Part shown: in pieces, positions 8,371 to 14,047 of the stretch
How positions within the stretch are numbered: position 1 is the stretch's first letter
Layout: every line of letters begins with the position of its first letter
Assembly: GCA_964648855.1 (NCBI GenBank)
Contig: CAZYLT010000031.1
Location: 1 to 14,047, forward strand
Origin: an uncultured archaeon
Lineage (GTDB): Archaea > Asgardarchaeota > Thorarchaeia > Thorarchaeales > Thorarchaeaceae
Length of the DNA stretch: 14,047 nucleotides
Reading direction: 5' to 3'
Notes under the pieces: generated by a model
Databases searched by the model: none
What the model was told of the DNA's origin: nothing
The model's input: only the letters and a program-made list of their open reading frames with translations
Made by a program: the position numbers and the translations under genes

Positions 8371-8763
8371 GTGATAGCTGACACATGTTTCATTATCGAC
8401 CTCATGCGAGAGAATGAGTCTGCGCTCAAGAAACTGGCACAGATTGAGAAGAACAATCGTCTACAGTACATAACTGTACCATCGGTCATGGAGCTGGCAG
8501 TCGGTGTAGCATTAGCGAGTCTACCCGCAAGAGAGCGTGAGAAAATCGATGAAATTCTTGGAGGCTTTGATATCGTTCCCTTTGATAGTTTATCCGCGTG
8601 GAAAGCAGGAATTGAAGTGGGTAGACTGAGAAGGGGTGGGCATATTGTTGACCCGATTGATGCACAGATTGCCGGAATTGCCCTTCAACATGACGAGTCT
8701 ATAGTGACACGAAATCTAGCGCATTTTGAGCTATTTAAGACCCTGAGAGTTGAACCCTACTGA
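8371..8763 (+). CDS. vapC: VapC PIN-domain toxin
   Basis: IADTCFIID...SVMELAVG...DPIDAQIAGIA...IVTRNLAHF. Confidence 0.93.
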   Translation: MIADTCFIIDLMRENESALKKLAQIEKNNRLQYITVPSVMELAVGVALASLPAREREKIDEILGGFDIVPFDSLSAWKAGIEVGRLRRGGHIVDPIDAQIAGIALQHDESIVTRNLAHFELFKTLRVEPY

Positions 8764-8814
8764 TTCCTTGCAATTAATCAGGGGAATTGCATGAAGAAAC
8801 AACCGGAGCAACAT

Positions 8815-8866
8815 AGGTTGCTCTAGAGAGCAGAGTTTCTCTTTACGCGCATGCTATTGAGCACCT
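8815..8866 (+). repeat. Module-boundary repeat, copy R5
   Basis: AGGTTGCTCTAGAGAGCAGAGTTTCTCTTTACGCGCATGCTATTGAGCACCT. Confidence 0.9.
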
Positions 8867-9065
8867 TCTCGATTTTCATCTACCTATTCAAAAGGAGTGA
8901 AAACTAGGACTTGTTCGATAGTTTGTTCAGCTCTTAGGGTCCGTCGTCAAAGTCTTCTGTAGCTGTTCATAATTCTTATACCATCTGCATGTCATGATGT
9001 GGTGACAGTCTTGCATTAGCGCCCGTATATACTCAGTCAACACATTTTCTGAACGATTGGCGGGC

Positions 9066-9299
9066 CTAGATACCAAGCAATTCCTCGATTTCTTCCTGTG
9101 TCGGCACTCGTCCGGAGATCTTAACATCACCATCTATAGCAACAGCGGGGGTCATTAGTACCCCTCTTTCCACAATCTCATCAATCTCATTGACCTCTAG
9201 GAGATCAGCGGCATAGTCATTTTCTCTCAGGGCCATCTCGATGTTTTTCTTAGTAGCTTTACATTTTGCACAACCAGTTCCAAATACTTCAATTTTCAT
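9066..9299 (-). CDS. Small redox-active disulfide protein (Thioredoxin_3 / MTH895-like), ars-associated
   Basis: MKIEVFGTGCAKCK CxxC motif; GVLMTPAVAIDG...SGRVP; GGAG SD upstream of ATG 9299. Confidence 0.92.
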   Translation of the reverse strand: MKIEVFGTGCAKCKATKKNIEMALRENDYAADLLEVNEIDEIVERGVLMTPAVAIDGDVKISGRVPTQEEIEELLGI

Positions 9300-9310
9300 T
9301 TCATCAACTC

Positions 9311-10390
9311 CTAAATCCACATTCCATAGAGGAGCCCAGCTGCAATACTGAAGGTGATTAGCAATAGACCGTAAGCTATGGTTCTTGCAGGCCTCATAAT
9401 CTTATTCACAACAAGTAAGGTCTGTAAAGATACAGCTGGATCTGCAATCAAATATGCCATGAGCGGTCCGGGGTGCATACCGAGCTGGAGAAACATATCG
9501 GCAATAGGAACCTCGACTAGAGTCGGGAAGTAGGCTATTGTTCCGAACAGAACGGCAAAAGTATTTCCAGCTAGACTATTCGTTCCGGCAAGAGCAACGA
9601 TTAATTCGGCTGGCACAAGGGGTCTAATCAAGCCAGATATGAGAACACCGACCAGAAGAATCGGAAATAGCATCTTGATGAATCGCCGAGTTTCAGTCAT
9701 CCAGTGACCCAGTTCCCCTCGGCTATAGAACATCAAAGCAATTATTGCTGTTATGATTGTACTGACCGAGACCAAAATGATTTTGCTAAGCAACTCAACG
9801 GGTGCAGTTCCAAAGACCATCACCATCGTCAGAGATGTGAAAAATGCTGCAGATTGATATGTGCTCCGTTCTTTTGTCTCTTCTGTTTTTGTTCCATCAG
9901 GTGTCATCAACTCAGATGATGATAGGTCCCGCTTCTCTTTGAATATAAGATCCATGGAGACCCCAATGGCAATGGCAATCACAATGGAGATGAGTAACTT
10001 GATGATGGCAAACTCTGGACCGATTACTGCGGCTGTGAGTGGCGTCGACAGCAAAGTGATTCCCGGACCAGCAAACAAGAATGTGATTGCGGGCCCAAAA
10101 CCCGCTCCCTTCTTCCAGATTCCTGCGAAAAGAGGGAGTATTGTACAGGAACATACCTCCAGAACAAGCCCACTTGTAGCAGCGAAGATATAAGCTACAG
10201 CTAGATGCATCCGATTCGTAGAGCTACCCAAGTACTTTGTGATTGTACTCTTTGGGATGAGAGCACTGAAAGCACCTGATATAAAGAATGCAGGTATGAG
10301 ACACAACAGAACATGCGCTGACAGGTAGTCCCAAAGGGTTTCGAGACCTGAAAGCAGGATGGTATAGAGAATGTGTTGCATCTGGGTCAA
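9311..10390 (-). CDS. arsP: ArsP / DUF318 family permease
   Basis: AHVLLCLIPAFFISGA, VCSCTILPLFAGIW, GPAITFLFAGP, YFPTLVEVP, GPLMAYLIADPAVSL motifs; multiple TM helices; typical neighbour of Thioredoxin_3 and ArsR. Confidence 0.88.
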   Translation of the reverse strand: MTQMQHILYTILLSGLETLWDYLSAHVLLCLIPAFFISGAFSALIPKSTITKYLGSSTNRMHLAVAYIFAATSGLVLEVCSCTILPLFAGIWKKGAGFGPAITFLFAGPGITLLSTPLTAAVIGPEFAIIKLLISIVIAIAIGVSMDLIFKEKRDLSSSELMTPDGTKTEETKERSTYQSAAFFTSLTMVMVFGTAPVELLSKIILVSVSTIITAIIALMFYSRGELGHWMTETRRFIKMLFPILLVGVLISGLIRPLVPAELIVALAGTNSLAGNTFAVLFGTIAYFPTLVEVPIADMFLQLGMHPGPLMAYLIADPAVSLQTLLVVNKIMRPARTIAYGLLLITFSIAAGLLYGMWI

Positions 10391-10405
10391 CTCAATGGAA
10401 TAATC

Positions 10406-10421
10406 ATCGAATAATCTCGAT
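10406..10421. promoter_or_regulatory. Candidate ArsR operator upstream of arsP
   Basis: ATCGA-ATAATC-TCGAT dyad; ATCGAATAAT recurs as its reverse complement at 12288-12297 upstream of acr3. Confidence 0.55.
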
Positions 10422-10774
10422 AAATAAATAATAAATATGTTGGTGGGTACATCACATCAGAAAGTGTAAGGCCTCTCAATTGGCTAGATAGAAGAGAAAT
10501 CATGCAAGAGATTTAGAGCGATAGTGCACTGTACGTGGACAGCTTGCCCTATGAGAGCAACCTTTGTGGGGTTACTCAGCAAGACGAGGTCAATGAAGAG
10601 TTAGGTCGTGTCTATGAAGCAAACGGTTAGACCTTCACTCAAATGATGCCATTTGAAATTGATACTCTGTTTGACGATGCTAGATAGGTTTTCGTTTTCT
10701 ATCTAATAATCGTCCAGCAAGATGGTATCACTTATACCATCAGTTGATTCCACGATGGTGCTTTGCCTGTCGTT

Positions 10775-11068
10775 TCATTTTACCATGTCAGGTGCAATTG
10801 CCCGTGTCTCATTGATGATATCTTTAATACGAGCGTCACTGATTTTGTATAGTTTTCTGGTTCCATCTTTTCGCTCTTCCAGTATTCCCGCCCTGACCAA
10901 CTGAGCCAGATACGCTGAAACTGTTGACTGAGCAAGGCCCATTTCGGGAAAGATTTCACACTGACATACCTCATTTTGAGCAATAATATCTAAAATCTCC
11001 AGTCTATTAGAATTGCTGAGTGCCTTGTGAAACTCTACTCTCCAATTCGTCACTTCATCAGTAGCCAT
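10775..11068 (-). CDS. arsR: ArsR/SmtB family metalloregulator
   Basis: HKALSNSNRLEIL...EVCQCEI...LAQSTVSAYLAQLVRAGIL...RKDG; ELCVCD-like metal-binding box. Confidence 0.93.
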   Translation of the reverse strand: MATDEVTNWRVEFHKALSNSNRLEILDIIAQNEVCQCEIFPEMGLAQSTVSAYLAQLVRAGILEERKDGTRKLYKISDARIKDIINETRAIAPDMVK

Positions 11069-11113
11069 TCATTATCCCATCTCTCCATAAGCTTGTGTAC
11101 CTATTCAAGATAT

Positions 11114-12220
11114 CTACTCACGAGGCTGCAAAGGCTCTCCTTTCCAGAACCGCTTCCTGCGCAAGTATCTGGCAAGATAGACCAATCCAAGCATGACTGG
11201 AACTTCCCAAAACAGACCCATTGTGGTACCTAGGGCTGCGATGGATCCAACACCATACATGGAGACTGCGGTTGCGATTGCTATCTCAAAGTGACTGGAA
11301 GAACCTATAATCACGCTGGTCACGCCCTCTTCATAGGCCAGACCCACTGTCCTCGTAATGAGAAGGTTGTAACCAACCACAATGGCAAAACCCAACAGTA
11401 AGGGTATTGACACCAAGACAAGCAGGTCGGGATTCTCAAGCATTACCTTTCCATTCAGTGAGAAGAGCACGATCAAGGTCACAAGTAGGGCAATCAAACC
11501 GACCTTGCCTACTGCTGGCCTGTATCTATCATGGAACCACTCAGCTCCTTTCCGATCAATAAGAATTTTCTTGCTAGCCACTCCGAGTAACAGGGGGGCT
11601 CCAATGAAGACAACAACAGAGATGACCAACAACCACTGGTCTATGGCGATAGATGAAATTCCTGTGAACAGAGCGACAACGGGGGCATAGAGCACCATAA
11701 TTGACACCGTATTAAGACTTGTATTGATAATATTCTGTTCTTGATTGCCCTTAGCAAGATAACCCCAGACCAATACCATGGCTGTGCAAGGGCTTGATGA
11801 AAGCAAGATGATTGCTACTATCAATTGCGGATTGCCACCAAGAAAGAGGTTCGCGAGTGCTACTCCAACCGAAGGAGCCACAACCCAATTTGAAAACAAC
11901 GTCAAAATGATTGGCTTTGGGTTTCTCCCTAGGTTCTTCAGTTCCTCGCCTTCAATATTAAGCATAGAAGGATACATCATCAAGAAGAGACTGATTCCTA
12001 TAGGAATCGAGATTCCTGCAACTTGTAGCTGGTCAATAGCCACGCTGACTCCAGGTACTGTCAAGGCCAACACAATGCCAATGGCCATACAGATGGCTAC
12101 CCAGAGGGGCAGGTATCTCTCGAAGAGACCTAATCCGACTTGCTCTCTGATATCTTCCTCACTTACTGATTCAGCTTCGACATACGCTGGCTCTGCAGGA
12201 TTTTCTTCGCTCATTTCCAT
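11114..12220 (-). CDS. acr3: ACR3 family arsenite efflux transporter
   Basis: FERYLPLWVAICM, MMYPSM, SPCTAMVLVWGYLAKGN, GSSSHFEIAIATA, EVPVML Acr3 signatures. Confidence 0.95.
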   Translation of the reverse strand: MEMSEENPAEPAYVEAESVSEEDIREQVGLGLFERYLPLWVAICMAIGIVLALTVPGVSVAIDQLQVAGISIPIGISLFLMMYPSMLNIEGEELKNLGRNPKPIILTLFSNWVVAPSVGVALANLFLGGNPQLIVAIILLSSSPCTAMVLVWGYLAKGNQEQNIINTSLNTVSIMVLYAPVVALFTGISSIAIDQWLLVISVVVFIGAPLLLGVASKKILIDRKGAEWFHDRYRPAVGKVGLIALLVTLIVLFSLNGKVMLENPDLLVLVSIPLLLGFAIVVGYNLLITRTVGLAYEEGVTSVIIGSSSHFEIAIATAVSMYGVGSIAALGTTMGLFWEVPVMLGLVYLARYLRRKRFWKGEPLQPRE

Positions 12221-12265
12221 GTAACCTCTTTGTCACCTTTATCGTGTCAATGTACACTACAATCA

Positions 12266-12297
12266 ATCGAATATTCTAATTATTTATATTATTCGAT
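12266..12297. promoter_or_regulatory. Candidate ArsR operator overlapping AT-rich promoter of acr3
   Basis: Inverted repeat ATCGAATA (12266-12273) ... TATTCGAT (12290-12297) around an AT-rich core. Confidence 0.55.
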
Positions 12298-12406
12298 ACA
12301 ACGTGCGACTACTACTGCAGTCCAAACTATATTCTGCTTATCAGTGCACAGTTGGAGGGGAACCCCAACTAAAATGACTTGATAGGAGCTCTTGACACTG
12401 CAAAAT

Positions 12407-12457
12407 AGGTTGCTACAGAAACGGAGTCTCCCTTTACGGTCATGCTGTTGAGCACCC
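12407..12457 (+). repeat. Module-boundary repeat, copy R6
   Basis: AGGTTGCTACAGAAACGGAGTCTCCCTTTACGGTCATGCTGTTGAGCACCC. Confidence 0.92.
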
Positions 12458-12559
12458 ACTCTGCTTTGAGTGCTGATCCTTGGATTTCCAGAAAATACAT
12501 ATGAAAATGGTTAGAATCAAATATTGAATGAATATTCAAACGTCAGGAAGGGCAGTAGG

Positions 12560-12742
12560 ATGACGCACCGAATAAGAATCTCCCAAGAGGCATATGACCT
12601 GCTTGAAAGTGAAAAGCGCCCTGATGAATCATTCAGTGATGTTCTTCGCCGACTAATAGGGCGGTATGAAAAACGGGAGTTTGCAAAAAGAGAAAAGTCT
12701 ATTTTCAAGAATGAGGAATTCAAGTCTTTCGACAAAGAGTAG
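12560..12742 (+). CDS. vapB: Orphan VapB (DUF217-like) antitoxin, short
   Basis: MTHRIRISQEAYDLLESEKRPDESFSDVLRRL has the same signature as 629..871 and 8127..8363; no toxin follows on the same strand. Confidence 0.75.
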   Translation: MTHRIRISQEAYDLLESEKRPDESFSDVLRRLIGRYEKREFAKREKSIFKNEEFKSFDKE

Positions 12743-12765
12743 TCGGCTATGGATACCAGCCTTAA

Positions 12766-13218
12766 CTAAAGCTCCTTCGGGAATAACAGAACATCTTCAA
12801 TCTCATTTTTGGCAACGAACTTGGAGAATTCAGTATCAATGGTTAGGAATTGTTGCTGGTTTCTAAGAGCTGTTGCATAGAGTAGGTTGTCAATCATATC
12901 TGAATGCCCCATTTGGAAGAAATCAAGAGCTATCATATAATCATCGGGGCCTGTTGAGACCGCATTATAGTGACCGGTCTTCGTAATACTCAGAAGCCCT
13001 CTTCTGAAGAGGGTCTTTTGATAGGTGTCTTGTTTGATTTGCTGTATCGCGACCCAGCTACTCTCAAGCAGACTCCAGTGAGAGTAGAAGAGCTGAACCT
13101 CCTCATGATTCAGCCTTGGAATGACCTCCATCACTTCATGTTCGACCTCGACTCCAAGAGTTGGAAGCAGGAACGATGTATCAAGAAGAATTCTCTGTAC
13201 GCTCTGATTGTTGTTCAT
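12766..13218 (-). CDS. vapC: VapC PIN-domain toxin
   Basis: ILLDTSFLLP...SLLE...GHSDMIDNLLYATA...FLTIDTEF; overlaps the 3' end of its antitoxin. Confidence 0.9.
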   Translation of the reverse strand: MNNNQSVQRILLDTSFLLPTLGVEVEHEVMEVIPRLNHEEVQLFYSHWSLLESSWVAIQQIKQDTYQKTLFRRGLLSITKTGHYNAVSTGPDDYMIALDFFQMGHSDMIDNLLYATALRNQQQFLTIDTEFSKFVAKNEIEDVLLFPKEL

Positions 13219-13435
13219 GGCTGATTTCCTCTATTTCTTCTAAATTCGTTGATGCAAACTTCTTCCCATGAATGGCAAGTGAAATAGGATCGGGAATTGG
13301 TTCAATGATGATCTTATCTCCTTCCACCGTGATCAATATATCCATCCCCACCTCAAGTCCGGATGTTTCAACCACTGCCTTTGGAAGGTAGATTGTATGT
13401 TTCTTTCCGATTCTACTCTCAGTTGTCAGAACCAT
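13181..13435 (-). CDS. AbrB/MazE/SpoVT-type antitoxin
   Basis: SRIGKKHTIYLPKAVVETSGLEVGMDILITVEGDKIIIEP swapped-hairpin signature; AGGTGA SD favours ATG 13435 (alternative 13441); TTTATAT box at 13496-13490 on the minus strand. Confidence 0.9.
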   Translation of the reverse strand: MVLTTESRIGKKHTIYLPKAVVETSGLEVGMDILITVEGDKIIIEPIPDPISLAIHGKKFASTNLEEIEEISHEQQSERTENSS

Positions 13436-13559
13436 AGTCATTCACCTGACTTTCAACCATTTTCCTGACAAATTACTTAATTTCAGGGCATATAAAGTCA
13501 TAGAATCCATATAGGCCCCAATTAACAGGCACATGAGCGTGTTAATGCGCGAACGAATA

Positions 13560-13609
13560 ATGGTTTCCAAAACGGAATGTCCCCTTAGGGTCACGCTGTT
13601 GATCATTCC
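13560..13609 (+). repeat. Module-boundary repeat, divergent copy R7
   Basis: ATGGTTTCCAAAACGGAATGTCCCCTTAGGGTCACGCTGTTGATCATTCC; shares AAAACGGA and GGTCACGCTGTTGA with R1. Confidence 0.8.
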
Positions 13610-13741
13610 TCTTTTTGGGTCAGTAGTGAGAAATGAATACATCCAACTGTCAGTTCTTCAGATATCCGCTCATCCTTTCCAACCAAGATATTTGGTCATT
13701 TGGAGCGCCGGGTGAATTCTTGATAAAACGTTTCTGACAGA

Positions 13742-14047
13742 TTGAGTGACCTCACCGTGTCTGAAACTTCTGTGTTCCACCCTTCCCCTGCCAGCGTCAC
13801 CGCCTCCAGCATGCCCGAAGGCTGCTGAGTCAGCAGGGGCTTTGTCCATGTTCATCGGGATGGGATCCCTCCCATGGTCCTGATCTCTTCCTCCTGTGTA
13901 TGTCCTGAGGCATCACACTCAGCCACAGGGAGGCTTTCCACAGTTCTTACCACGGCGGGTTCATGATCACCCATGCTAGCTTCGTCACCGAAGTCAGCAA
14001 GGCTCGCCTGAGCATGGTGAACAGCCGCGGACTCTCCGGGGGCTGAT
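13742..14047 (-). mobile_element. Probable right end of an IS200/IS605-like (TnpB-type) element with structured RNA, truncated by the window edge
   Basis: Abrupt rise in GC content; many hairpins; minus strand ends ...GGTGAGGTCAC-TCAA (TCAC/TCAA are typical right-end tetranucleotides). No transposase or RuvC motif is visible in the window. Confidence 0.45.
13852..14046 (-). CDS. C-terminal tail of a gene entering from beyond the window (possibly TnpB-like)
   Basis: Open frame SAPGESAAVHHAQASLADFGDEASMGDHEPAVVRTVESLPVAECDASGHTQEEEIRTMGGIPSR*, with no diagnostic motif. Confidence 0.45.
   Translation of the reverse strand, partial: SAPGESAAVHHAQASLADFGDEASMGDHEPAVVRTVESLPVAECDASGHTQEEEIRTMGGIPSR

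Noticed and set aside
8927-9133. 68-aa minus-strand ORF after the thioredoxin gene
   Set aside because: Overlaps the thioredoxin gene out of frame and has no family signature.
10553-10590. AGAGCAACCT (inverted left arm) and GGTTACTCAGCAAGACGAGGT resembling part of the repeat
   Set aside because: Short partial matches without the remainder of the consensus; cannot be supported as a copy.
9704-12224. Plus-strand ORFs opposite arsP, arsR and acr3
   Set aside because: Antisense shadows of hydrophobic membrane-protein and regulator genes.
430-13609. CRISPR array interpretation of the repeats
   Set aside because: Spacing is 0.8-5.6 kb with whole genes between copies, the copies are divergent, and no cas genes are present.
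13722-13733. AAACGTTTTAT shared between the putative guide region (minus strand) and 1859-1869
   Set aside because: An 11-nt AT-rich match resembling a generic BRE/TATA element; insufficient to claim RNA-guided targeting.

Overview
Archaeal accessory region (TTTATA-type TATA boxes, GGTG(A)/GAGG Shine-Dalgarno motifs, archaeal-type VapB/VapC and PAS kinases; an Asgard/Thorarchaeota-like host is an inference only). It encodes four intact antitoxin-VapC(PIN) pairs, a partial PIN gene, an orphan VapB-like antitoxin, two decayed TA remnants, a two-kinase signalling operon (one kinase has an extracellular prenyltransferase/squalene-cyclase-repeat domain), an arsenic-resistance cluster (acr3-arsR, arsP-thioredoxin), and the GC-rich, highly structured 3' end of a probable IS200/IS605-like element. 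The main unexplained signal is a ~50-bp imperfectly palindromic repeat (consensus ~TGCAAnnT-AGGTTGCTCCAGAAAACGGAGTYTCCCTTTACGGTCAYGCTGTTGAGCACCCT) present 7 times, always intergenic and in direct orientation, that cuts the window into functional modules (TA | TA | kinases | TA | TA | ars | TA). Decayed copies of two modules sit next to their own repeat copy. This suggests an integron-/dif-module-like cassette array; no recombinase is in the window.
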